DNA of 64,000 nucleotides from Treponemataceae bacterium (GTDB lineage Bacteria; Spirochaetota; Spirochaetia; Treponematales; Rectinemataceae). The stretch lies in assembly GCA_963667725.2 (NCBI GenBank), contig CAXXHO010000003.1, positions 1 through 64,000 of the forward strand, given 5' to 3'. Below are positions 29,288-38,075 of the stretch, one piece after another. The number at the start of each line of letters is the position of its first letter. The first letter of the stretch is position 1. A program made the position numbers and the translations under genes. The notes under the pieces were generated by a model, which was given only the letters and a program-made list of their open reading frames with translations, was not told the DNA's origin and searched no databases.

Positions 29288-29389
29288 TTAGAGCCGGAAC
29301 CGGTCGCCCGCAGGAAGTGCCGCGAGAGTCATTTTAGTGCTGCAACTATGATAGGGGGTGCTACTACCCCCACCGTCCGGATCGGACAT
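29288..29389 (-). CDS. Putative corA leader peptide (33 aa, MSDPDGGGSSTPYHSCSTKMTLAALPAGDRFRL)
   Basis: AAGGAGG SD 7 nt upstream of ATG; N-terminal D-P-D; lies in the corA 5' region. Confidence 0.65.
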   Translation of the reverse strand: MSDPDGGGSSTPYHSCSTKMTLAALPAGDRFRL

Positions 29390-29471
29390 GGCGCTTCCTC
29401 CTTGGCTCGTTATATGGTCCCCGGAAGGGGATCGGTTCTAGGCACAGTAATAGCAGAAAACCGTCCATCTA

Positions 29472-30248
29472 TCAAGGACAGATCGTCAACTTCCCCTCCA
29501 GAAAATAAAATACGGTACCGAGGTCCTGGAATTTGAGGCTGGCCGCCCTATCGAGGTGAGTGATCATGTCGTTGACGATCACCAGTTTCCCGCCGTTCTC
29601 GATGGTATGCTGGGGCAGGGCAGCCGCGGGGTACACGAGGAGGCTGGATCCCAGCATGATAAGGAGGTCAGCGGCTTCGGCTTCGTCGCGCGCCGCCTTC
29701 AGCGCGTCGGCCGGAAGGTTTTCGCCGAAGAAGGTGATATCGGGCTTGACCGCGGCGCCGCATCTTTCGCAGAGGGGGATGGAGCCGGCGCGGACTATCC
29801 GTGCCGCCTTCTCGAAGGACATCGACCATCCGCAGGCAGGGCAATGGTGGAGGGATGGCGAACCGTGCACTTCGATGACGCGCCGGCTGCCCGCTTTCTG
29901 ATGGAGAAGGTCGATGTTCTGCGTGATGATGGCGGCCAGCAGTCCCCTTCGTTCCAGTTCCGCGAGCGTTCTGTGGACGACCGAAGGCTTTTTCTCGTCC
30001 AGGTTGTATATGAAATCGCGGGTTGCTTCGTAATAAAAGAAGGGATCGCGGCGAAAAATTTCGATGTCGAAGATTTTTTCCGCGTCGACCGTCTTGTAGA
30101 GGCCGTTTTTCCCGCGAAAATCGCTGATGCCGGAGAGGGTACTGACGCCCGCGCCGGTGAAGGCCACGCAGTGGCGGGCAGCCTGGATCATTTCGAAGAA
30201 TGCCTCCAGGTTTTCGGTCGAGTCGGAATCGATGGAAGATGCGTTCAT
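29472..30248 (-). CDS. cobB: NAD-dependent protein deacylase (Sir2 family)
   Basis: TGAGVSTLSGISDFRG, ITQNIDLLH, EVHGS, two CxxC, GSSLLVYPAA. Confidence 0.93.
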   Translation of the reverse strand: MNASSIDSDSTENLEAFFEMIQAARHCVAFTGAGVSTLSGISDFRGKNGLYKTVDAEKIFDIEIFRRDPFFYYEATRDFIYNLDEKKPSVVHRTLAELERRGLLAAIITQNIDLLHQKAGSRRVIEVHGSPSLHHCPACGWSMSFEKAARIVRAGSIPLCERCGAAVKPDITFFGENLPADALKAARDEAEAADLLIMLGSSLLVYPAAALPQHTIENGGKLVIVNDMITHLDRAASLKFQDLGTVFYFLEGKLTICP

Positions 30249-30403
30249 GGGCTGATTATAGTGAAATGGTCAGGGCGAAAAAAGCGGACGCGGGAATGGC
30301 GTATGCGTATGGCGAAAAAAATATCGGATTCCTTTCCTTCCTTCTTTGTTTTCCCCTCTGCCGGTGTTATATTCCAGGAAAACGTCCCTGCGGAGGCGAG
30401 CCT

Positions 30404-31375
30404 TTGATCACAGTCCAAAACGTCACCAAATCCTATTCGAACGTGCTGGCGGTGGATGGCCTCTCTTTCGAAGCCAGACCGGGCGAAATTTTCGGGCTCA
30501 TCGGTCCCAACGGGGCGGGCAAGTCGACGACGATACGCATGATCATGAATATCATCGCCCCCGACTCGGGGCTTATCAGTTTCGACGGCAAGGCGCTCAC
30601 GGAGGCTGATAAGTCGCGGATAGGCTATCTGCCCGAAGAGCGAGGCCTGTATAGGAAGGCGAAGCTCGGCGAAGTGCTCGAATACCTGGCCGCCATCAAG
30701 GGCGCCGAAAAGGCCGCGGCCCGCGCCTCCATCGAAGGCTGGCTCGAGCGTTTCGGCCTGACCGAGTGGAAAAACCGGAAGATTTCGGAGCTGTCGAAGG
30801 GCATGGCGCAGAAGGCCCAGTTCATCGGCGCTCTCGCGCACAATCCTTCCGTCATTTTTTTCGACGAACCTTTTTCCGGCCTCGATCCTTTGGCGCAGGA
30901 CGAGTTTTTAGCCGTCATGGTCGAGTTGAAGAAAAAGGGCTCGACGGTGCTTTTCTCCACCCACATCATGGAACACGCCGAGAAGATATGCGAGCGGATC
31001 CTCCTCATGGACAAGGGGCGGGAAGTTTTCTACGGATCGATGGCCGAGATCAAGGCCAAGTACGGCCGCAACGCGGTACAGCTGGAATTCGACGGCGATG
31101 GATCTTTCGTGAAGGATCTCGACTTCGTGGCTTCGGTCAACGCCTATCCGCGATGGATCGAAGTGGAGATGAAGGAAGGGGTCGATCCGGATCGTCTCTA
31201 CACGGCGCTGGCCGGTCGTCTGCGCATGCGCCGTTTCCAGACGATTTCCCCCTCCCTGCACAAGATATTCGTAAGGCTGGTGGGAGGAGGGGAGGCGCTT
31301 GGCACGGAAGCGGAGGGCGCTGAAGGCGCTGCGGGCGTGGGACAGGCGGCGGGCGCGGAGGTGGACCATGACTAG
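30404..31375 (+). CDS. ABC-2 exporter ATP-binding protein (NatA/YhaQ-like)
   Basis: GPNGAGKST, LSKGM, DEPFSGLD, STH; TTG start after GGAGG. Confidence 0.9.
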   Translation: MITVQNVTKSYSNVLAVDGLSFEARPGEIFGLIGPNGAGKSTTIRMIMNIIAPDSGLISFDGKALTEADKSRIGYLPEERGLYRKAKLGEVLEYLAAIKGAEKAAARASIEGWLERFGLTEWKNRKISELSKGMAQKAQFIGALAHNPSVIFFDEPFSGLDPLAQDEFLAVMVELKKKGSTVLFSTHIMEHAEKICERILLMDKGREVFYGSMAEIKAKYGRNAVQLEFDGDGSFVKDLDFVASVNAYPRWIEVEMKEGVDPDRLYTALAGRLRMRRFQTISPSLHKIFVRLVGGGEALGTEAEGAEGAAGVGQAAGAEVDHD

Positions 31376-32615
31376 GCTGTTCAATGTCATAAAGCACGAA
31401 TTCAGGCTCACGGCGGCGAACAAAGCCTATGTCATCCTCACGATTCTCGGACCCTTTCTCATCTTCGCCATCACCGTCCTGCCTTCCCTGCTGACCCAGG
31501 ATCCCGGGAAAATGGCCGGCGGCAAGCCCCTGGCCCTGATCGGCGCTTCCGCTCCCGTGCGGAAGGCCGTGGACGCGGCTTTTTCAGGCATGGGCATAGA
31601 GGTGGCGAGCGTCGCCGAAGACGCATCGTCTCTGGCCGCGACCAAGGAAGCTGTCCTCGCGGGCGACTATGTGGCCTTGCTCTCCATCGAGGCCGGCTGG
31701 CCCGGCTCAGGCAGCGCGGTATGGTACTCCAAGAGCGGCTCCGAGATAGCCCTCTACGGCAGCGCCTCCGCCGTCCTGGAAGCCGCCGCGCGCGAAATCC
31801 GCATCGTCGAGAGCGGCATCGCTCCCGACCTCGTGGCGAAAGTCCTTGCGGTACCCGGCTTCGAGGTGGTCAAGCTCGACGCAGGCGGAAAAGAAGAGAA
31901 GCGCGGCAACGAATCCTTTTTCGAAGTCCTCATGACAGCCCTCACCTTCGTCATGCTGATCTACATGACCGTCCTCCTCTACGGCCAGATGATAGGGCGC
32001 TCCGTCGTCACCGAGAAGACATCCAAAACCGTCGAGATCATGCTCTCGAGCGTCACGAGCCGCGACCTCATGTTCGGGAAGATCCTGGGCCTCGGCCTGG
32101 CGGGGCTCCTGCAGTACGGAATCTGGGTTGCGATGGCCATGCTGCTTACGAAGCTCATAGGCCCGGTCTTCAACCTTTCGATGCCCGCTGGCGTTTCCAC
32201 TGGGAACATGCTCTGGCTCGTCATATTCTTCGTGTTCGCCTTTTTCCTCTACGCCTCGGCCTACGCGGCCCTGGGCGCCGCGAGCGAGGACGAACAGCAC
32301 CTCGGCCAGGTGGCCTGGCCTCTCCTCATGTTCCTCATGTTTCCCCTCGTGATGATCAGCAGCCTCGTTACCAATCCCGATTCGACGGTTTCGGTCTTCC
32401 TCTCGCTCTTTCCCATGACGAGCCCCATCGTGATGCTCGTCCGCATCCTAGTGTCGGAACCGCCCGCGTGGCAGATCGCGCTCTGCCTCGCCCTGCTCGC
32501 GGCTAGCGTGGCCGGCATGGCCTTTCTGGCCGCCAAGATTTTCCGGATCGGCATCCTCATGACGGGCAAAAAGCCCAAGCTCAAGGAAGTCCTGCGCTGG
32601 ATAACGGTCAAGTAA
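31368..32615 (+). CDS. ABC-2 exporter permease (NatB/YhaP-like)
   Basis: EKTSKTVEIMLSSV...MFGKILG; 6 TM segments. Confidence 0.9.
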   Translation: MTRLFNVIKHEFRLTAANKAYVILTILGPFLIFAITVLPSLLTQDPGKMAGGKPLALIGASAPVRKAVDAAFSGMGIEVASVAEDASSLAATKEAVLAGDYVALLSIEAGWPGSGSAVWYSKSGSEIALYGSASAVLEAAAREIRIVESGIAPDLVAKVLAVPGFEVVKLDAGGKEEKRGNESFFEVLMTALTFVMLIYMTVLLYGQMIGRSVVTEKTSKTVEIMLSSVTSRDLMFGKILGLGLAGLLQYGIWVAMAMLLTKLIGPVFNLSMPAGVSTGNMLWLVIFFVFAFFLYASAYAALGAASEDEQHLGQVAWPLLMFLMFPLVMISSLVTNPDSTVSVFLSLFPMTSPIVMLVRILVSEPPAWQIALCLALLAASVAGMAFLAAKIFRIGILMTGKKPKLKEVLRWITVK

Positions 32616-32634
32616 AATTTACGGCGAATTTATA

Positions 32635-32703
32635 GGGAACGTTCCCAATTAGCTATTGCGCGATTTTTAAAGTCGTGTTAGGGTGTTTTTAGGGAACGTT
32701 CCC
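32635..32703 (+). promoter_or_regulatory. Two LacI-type operators (GGGAACGTTCCC) flanking a promoter
   Basis: Identical perfect palindromes at 32635-32646 and 32692-32703; TTGCGC-17-TAGGGT (32656-32684) between them. Confidence 0.85.
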
Positions 32704-32706
32704 ATT

Positions 32707-33735
32707 ATGAATAAACCCAAGATAAGCATTCACGAGGTTGCCCGTCTCGCCGGCGTCTCGAAAAGCACAGTGTCGCGCGTCGTCTCCGACCGGGGCGGTT
32801 CGGTGAGCCCGAAGGCCCTCGAAGCCGTCAACAAGGCCATCGAACAGCTCGGCTACACCAAGAACCTGATGGCGGCCTGCCTGCGAACCCAGAAAACCTA
32901 CATGGTGCTCGTGATGGTTCCCGACATAGCCAACCATTTCTGGTCGGAAATCGCCCGAGCCATCCAGGACAGGCTGGAGCCCGAGGGCTATTCGGTCGTC
33001 ATTGGTTCCACCGACTGGAGCGAGACGCGGGAGGCGCGCTACTACGAGCTCGCGCGCTCATCGCGTTTCGACGGGCTCATCCTCAACAGCGTCACCGACA
33101 ATATCAGCCTCATCAAGGACATAGGCGTTCCGAGCGTCATGATCGGCGAACGCAGCGCCACCCAGGACATCGACACGGTGGGCACCGACACGATGTCAGC
33201 CGCCCGCCTGGCTCTCGATTATCTCTACGGCACCGGACACCGCCGCATAGCCCTGGCCACGAGCGACCACGGCGGCGAGCGCTATCTCTCGCTGCGAAGC
33301 AGGGCATACAAGGATTTTCTGCGCGATAAAGGGCTCCCCTACGATCCCGACCTCGTCTTTTCGGTAAATCTCGACGAGGAAGGCGGCAGGACCCTGGCTA
33401 GGCATTGCCTGGCCCTGCCCGATTGGCGCCGCCGCGTCGATTCGCTTTTCTGCGGCAACGACATCGTGGCCATAGCCGCGATGGGCGAATTCAGGAAATT
33501 CGGGATCATTCCCGGCATAGACATTTCGATCGTCGGCATGGACGACGTGCCGGCGGCCGCGCAGACCTATCCCCCGCTCACGACGGTGAGGAAGCCCAGG
33601 GGACGGATCGGGGCGGCGGCCGCCGAGCTTTTACTCGCGAAAATGAAAGACCCCGGCAGACCCGCCGAAAAGCACCTGTTCCCCGGCGAACTCATCGTCA
33701 GGGACAGCGTCGTACAAAGGAAGGAAGAAGCATGA
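32707..33735 (+). CDS. LacI family transcriptional regulator
   Basis: SIHEVARLAGVSKSTVSRV HTH; NDIVA; PPLTTV; LIVRDS. Confidence 0.95.
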   Translation: MNKPKISIHEVARLAGVSKSTVSRVVSDRGGSVSPKALEAVNKAIEQLGYTKNLMAACLRTQKTYMVLVMVPDIANHFWSEIARAIQDRLEPEGYSVVIGSTDWSETREARYYELARSSRFDGLILNSVTDNISLIKDIGVPSVMIGERSATQDIDTVGTDTMSAARLALDYLYGTGHRRIALATSDHGGERYLSLRSRAYKDFLRDKGLPYDPDLVFSVNLDEEGGRTLARHCLALPDWRRRVDSLFCGNDIVAIAAMGEFRKFGIIPGIDISIVGMDDVPAAAQTYPPLTTVRKPRGRIGAAAAELLLAKMKDPGRPAEKHLFPGELIVRDSVVQRKEEA

Positions 33736-34727
33736 AAACCAGAGCTGAAGTTGTCGCCGACCGCGCCGGCTATGAATCCAGGGCCGCGGGCGCCCTGATA
33801 GGGCTTGCCGTGGGCGACGCCGTGGGCGATCTCGGCAGGAGCCAGGAACACAGGAACCGTTACGGCCTTATCGTGCGCCTTCTCGACGACGGCAAGAGCA
33901 CTGACGACACGGAATTCGGCGTGCTGACCGCGCGCGCCCTCCTGGATTGCCGCGGCGCGCTGACGCCCGCGAAGACGGCGGAAGCCTGGCGGAAGTACAT
34001 TATCGGCCGCGGCGGCGCGAAGAAGCGCGCGGGCCGGCCCCTCTATGGCGCCATCGAGAACCTCGGCCGCGGCATGGAGCCTCCCTTCACCGGCAAATAC
34101 AACGTGATGAACATAGACGACGGCGCCGCGATGCGCGCCACGCCCCACGGAATTCTGAGAGCGGGCGATCCCGACGGGGCCGCCGAACTCGCGGCCGCCG
34201 ACGCCTGCGTGAGCCATGACGCCGACGGCATATGGGCGGCCCAGGCTCTCGCCGCGAGCGTCGCCGTGGCCATCGCCGGCGGGTTCGTGGACGAGATCGT
34301 CGCCGCCGGCCGGGCCAGGTTTCCCGCAGGCAGTTGGATCGGCCACGCCATGGATACCGCCATGGATATCTGCGACCGCTTCCCCGATATCGAGGAAGCC
34401 TACGAGGAACTCCACACGAAGCTTTGGACGCCCGAACACGCCACGTCGCCCGAGGCCATCCCCCAGGTATATGCCATCTTCAGACTCACCGCCGGCGATC
34501 CCCGCCGCGGCCTTCTCTGGAGCGCCAATTTCGGCAGGGACGCGGATACGATCAGCGGCCTCGTCTGCTCCCTCGCGGGCGCCATGCACGGCCTCGCCGC
34601 CTTCCCCGACGCCTGGACGGCGCGCCTTCGCAAACCCTCCGGCACCTGCCTCGATTTCGCCGCGGAGGAAGACATCGTCACGCTCGCGAAAGAACTTGTG
34701 GCGCTCTCCTGCGGGATGAAGGCCTGA
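33732..34727 (+). CDS. ADP-ribosylglycohydrolase family protein
   Basis: GLAVGDAVG, STDDTE, DGAAMR, NFGRDADTI. Confidence 0.93.
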   Translation: MKTRAEVVADRAGYESRAAGALIGLAVGDAVGDLGRSQEHRNRYGLIVRLLDDGKSTDDTEFGVLTARALLDCRGALTPAKTAEAWRKYIIGRGGAKKRAGRPLYGAIENLGRGMEPPFTGKYNVMNIDDGAAMRATPHGILRAGDPDGAAELAAADACVSHDADGIWAAQALAASVAVAIAGGFVDEIVAAGRARFPAGSWIGHAMDTAMDICDRFPDIEEAYEELHTKLWTPEHATSPEAIPQVYAIFRLTAGDPRRGLLWSANFGRDADTISGLVCSLAGAMHGLAAFPDAWTARLRKPSGTCLDFAAEEDIVTLAKELVALSCGMKA

Positions 34728-34729
34728 AA

Positions 34730-35665
34730 ATGAGCGGAATCAATGCCCCAGCGCGGACGCTGACGGCGCGCCGGCCAGGGACTGGCCTGCGGAAGCAGGA
34801 ATGGTCGCTTCTCCTCCTCCTCGCACCCGCCCTTGTCTATTTTCTCGTCTATCACATCGTCCCGCTCTTTGGGATGGTTATGGCTTTCCAGGATTTCCGA
34901 ATCATCGGGAAAAGCCCTTTCGTCGGGCTCAAGCATTTTAAGGCGCTCTTCAGCTCGCCTTCCTTCATGCAGGTCCTGGCCAACACCCTGATCATCAGCT
35001 TCATGAAGATCGTGCTTTTCTTCCCCCTGCCCATCGCCTTCGCCCTCATGCTGAACGAAGTGCGCGCCTCCTTCATGAGGAAATTCATCCAGTCGACCAC
35101 CTACCTGCCTCACTTCCTTTCCTGGGTGGTCATCGCCGGCGTGTGGATCGCCTTCCTCTCGCCCAGCACGGGAGGCATGAACCAGCTGCGCAGCATTTTC
35201 GGCCTCCCGGCCATCGATTACATGACGGATAAGGGTTCCATCCGCTGGGTGCTCTTTGCCTCCGAGACATGGCGCAGCCTCGGATGGGACTCGATCATCT
35301 ACATGGCCGCCCTGGCGAGCATCAGTCCCAGCCTCTACGAATCGGCCGACCTGGACGGTGCGGGGCCGCTGCAGAAAATGCGTTTCATCACCCTGCCCGA
35401 GCTCACCTCGACCATGGTGACGGTCTTCATCCTGAACATGGGATTCTTCCTCAACGCGGGTTTCGACCAGGTCTTCAACATGATGAACGACTCGGTGATC
35501 AGCGTGGTGGATATTCTCGACACCTACGTCTACAGGATAGGCCTCCTGAACATGCAGTACTCGATCTCCACGGCGGCCAGCCTCTTCAAAGGCGTCATCG
35601 GCCTCGTCCTCATCCTCGCGGCCCATAAGGGCTCCCTCAAGGTGACGGGGAAGGGGATGTGGTGA
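34730..35665 (+). CDS. Carbohydrate ABC transporter permease (LplB-like)
   Basis: YLPHFLSWVV; LYESADLDGA EAA-type loop. Confidence 0.92.
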   Translation: MSGINAPARTLTARRPGTGLRKQEWSLLLLLAPALVYFLVYHIVPLFGMVMAFQDFRIIGKSPFVGLKHFKALFSSPSFMQVLANTLIISFMKIVLFFPLPIAFALMLNEVRASFMRKFIQSTTYLPHFLSWVVIAGVWIAFLSPSTGGMNQLRSIFGLPAIDYMTDKGSIRWVLFASETWRSLGWDSIIYMAALASISPSLYESADLDGAGPLQKMRFITLPELTSTMVTVFILNMGFFLNAGFDQVFNMMNDSVISVVDILDTYVYRIGLLNMQYSISTAASLFKGVIGLVLILAAHKGSLKVTGKGMW

Positions 35666-36561
35666 TGCGCAAAGTAAGAACGACCACAGTCGAGATAATC
35701 TGGCGCAGCGCCATCGCGATCTTTCTTCTCGGTATCAGCGTGGTGGTTATCGTCCCCCTGCTCAACCTCCTCGCCCTCTCCCTCTCCGACCCGGCGAGGG
35801 TGTCGGAGGTGCGCGGCCTCACCATCGTGCCCAAGGGGCTTTCCCTCATCAATTACCGCGTTCTGGCGGCTAATCCGCTCTTCGTCAGAAGCATCATGAA
35901 CTCAGTCTACATCACCTTCGTGGGCACGGCCCTGAACCTCCTCGTCACCGCGATGGCCGCCTTCGCCATGACACGGCCCAGGCTGCCCTTCAAGCGCTTC
36001 TTTCAGGTTCTCATCGTTGTGGTGATGATCTTCGAACCCGGGCTCATCCCCGAATACCTCGTCGTCAAGAAGATAGGCCTCATGGGAAGCCTCTGGGCCG
36101 TCATCCTCTACAAGACCGTGAACGTTTATTACCTCATCATCATGATGCGCTACTTCGAGGAAATCCCCTCCTCCTTCATCGAGGCCGCCCAGGTGGACGG
36201 GGCCAGCTACATGAAAATCCTGGCGAAAATCGTTCTCCCCCTGTCCAAGCCAGCCCTCGCGACGCTCGGACTTTTCTACGGCGTGTTCCACTGGAACGAA
36301 TACTTCAGGGCGAGCATCTATCTCACCGACCCCAACAAGTATCCGCTCCAGCTGATCCTGAGACAGTTCGTCGTTCTCGACGACACCGCCTCGCTCATCG
36401 GATCGGGCGCGCTCTTCAGCTACGATGAAGCCGCCCGCCTCAGCTACGACGCGCTGCAGGCGAGCACCATCATCGTGGCCATGCTGCCGGTTCTCGTTAT
36501 CTACCCTCTGATCCTCAAGTATTACGCGAGAGGAGTGATGGAAGGTGGAGTCAAGGAATAG
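35665..36561 (+). CDS. Carbohydrate ABC transporter permease (LplC-like)
   Basis: IEAAQVDGA; VLPLSKPALAT; HWNEYF. Confidence 0.92.
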   Translation: MRKVRTTTVEIIWRSAIAIFLLGISVVVIVPLLNLLALSLSDPARVSEVRGLTIVPKGLSLINYRVLAANPLFVRSIMNSVYITFVGTALNLLVTAMAAFAMTRPRLPFKRFFQVLIVVVMIFEPGLIPEYLVVKKIGLMGSLWAVILYKTVNVYYLIIMMRYFEEIPSSFIEAAQVDGASYMKILAKIVLPLSKPALATLGLFYGVFHWNEYFRASIYLTDPNKYPLQLILRQFVVLDDTASLIGSGALFSYDEAARLSYDALQASTIIVAMLPVLVIYPLILKYYARGVMEGGVKE

Positions 36562-36582
36562 GACAAGGAATAGGAGGTTATC

Positions 36583-38010
36583 GTGAAAAAGCACAGTATC
36601 GTGTCTTTGCTGATGGCGGTTCTTCTCGTCTGCGGAGTCGCCTTCGTGGGCGCGGCCACACCCAAGGTGAGGCTCGTGCTCAAGGATCTGGATACCGATC
36701 CCAATTCGGCCCAGTTCATCCAGCTTATCGAAAAGGGCATGGCCGCGGTCGGGACGCCCGTCGATATCGAGATCGTCAAGGTGCCGGCGGGCAACTACGC
36801 CGAGAAAATCAGCCTGATGATCATGTCGGGCGACATCCCCGATCTCATCTACTTCCAGGGCGGCGACGACAAGATCGCCATGCAGGACCTGCTCGTGGAC
36901 CTTCGCCCCTACGTCAACACATCGAAGAGCCTGAAAACTGTCCTGGACCAGCACAGCAAGCTGCGCCTCGAGAGCTATCCCTACCTCGTGTGGGTCGCTC
37001 CTCCCCGCGTCCGCGCTCCCGTTATCAGGCAGGACTGGTACGATTCGCTGCCCTCCGCCAAAGCGGTGGCCGCCAAGCCGACCGTCGACAACTACTACGC
37101 CCTCTTCAAAGATCTCGTCCAGAAAAAAGGAGCGAAGTTCGGCATCTCCGTGACCGGCGCCACCAACGGCGTCGAGGAACTCGACTCGATATTCGACGCG
37201 GCTTTCGGCATCACCTCGACTTGGATGAAGGGCGCCGACGGCCAGTGGACCTACGCGCGCGTCACGCCGAACGAGAAGACCAAGCTCGAATTCTACGCTA
37301 AACTCTACAAGGAAGGCCTTCTCGATCCCGAATACCTGACTAAGAAATGGGATTCCAAGGAGCAGGTGTTCTATGAGGGCAAGGCTGGCATGGTGGCGGG
37401 CGTGGCGCCCGGCAGCCTCGATGTCTACGCGAACAAGATGCTGAAGACCCAGGGCACGAGCATCGTTCCTCTTCCTCCCCCCGCCGGGATCGCCCAGGGC
37501 CTCGGCCCCTTCGTGGACGTCACCAAGGAAGCGCGCGGTTTCGCGATTCCCACGACCTCCAAGGTCAAGGATGCCGCCTTCGCCGTGATCGACTTCATGT
37601 GGAGCCCGGCCGGTCTCAAGATTGCCAAGCTCGGCATGCCCGGCCTCCACGTCGTTGAGGAAGCCAACCGCTATGTCCTCACCGACAAGTATTCCGAATG
37701 GTACAACGGCTGGTTCGGCGATTCCTTCAACGGCTTCAACCCCGACAAGCCTCTCTCGAGGCCGATCATGACCGACGCCGCCGTGGCATCGGCCAAACTG
37801 GCGACGAAGTACATGATGGCGGACAAGACCTTCCTCATTCCCGAGCAGTACGTCACCAACTGGGACGCCATGACAAACCTGTACAAGGAATATATCGCCG
37901 ACATCGTCACCGGCAAGAAACCCCTCTCCGCCTTCGATGAATACGTGCAGAAGTGGTACAAGGCTGGCGGCACCGAGCTGTCCAAGTACGCGGCCACCAA
38001 GCTGAAATAA
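36583..38010 (+). CDS. Carbohydrate ABC transporter substrate-binding protein
   Basis: Signal peptide; [25 protein letters not shown]. Confidence 0.9.
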   Translation: MKKHSIVSLLMAVLLVCGVAFVGAATPKVRLVLKDLDTDPNSAQFIQLIEKGMAAVGTPVDIEIVKVPAGNYAEKISLMIMSGDIPDLIYFQGGDDKIAMQDLLVDLRPYVNTSKSLKTVLDQHSKLRLESYPYLVWVAPPRVRAPVIRQDWYDSLPSAKAVAAKPTVDNYYALFKDLVQKKGAKFGISVTGATNGVEELDSIFDAAFGITSTWMKGADGQWTYARVTPNEKTKLEFYAKLYKEGLLDPEYLTKKWDSKEQVFYEGKAGMVAGVAPGSLDVYANKMLKTQGTSIVPLPPPAGIAQGLGPFVDVTKEARGFAIPTTSKVKDAAFAVIDFMWSPAGLKIAKLGMPGLHVVEEANRYVLTDKYSEWYNGWFGDSFNGFNPDKPLSRPIMTDAAVASAKLATKYMMADKTFLIPEQYVTNWDAMTNLYKEYIADIVTGKKPLSAFDEYVQKWYKAGGTELSKYAATKLK

Positions 38011-38025
38011 GCGACGGGTTCTCTG

Positions 38026-38049
38026 GAGGCGCCGCTGACGCGGCGCCTC
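38026..38049 (+). other. Intra-operon hairpin after the binding-protein gene
   Basis: GAGGCGCCGC-TGAC-GCGGCGCCTC; weak U-tail, so probably mRNA-stabilising. Confidence 0.55.
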
Positions 38050-38075
38050 ATTATCTTCACTTTTGGAGTAAACCA

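Noticed and set aside
29240..29470. M-box (ykoK) riboswitch upstream of corA
   Set aside because: I could not recognise M-box conserved sequence or a terminator; the uORF plus anti-SD model fits better. An Infernal scan would settle it.
29472..34727. Sirtuin plus ARH as an ADP-ribosylation or anti-phage module
   Set aside because: The sirtuin is a canonical Zn-binding deacylase on the opposite strand, separated by an unrelated ABC exporter; the ARHs sit in a LacI sugar-uptake operon.
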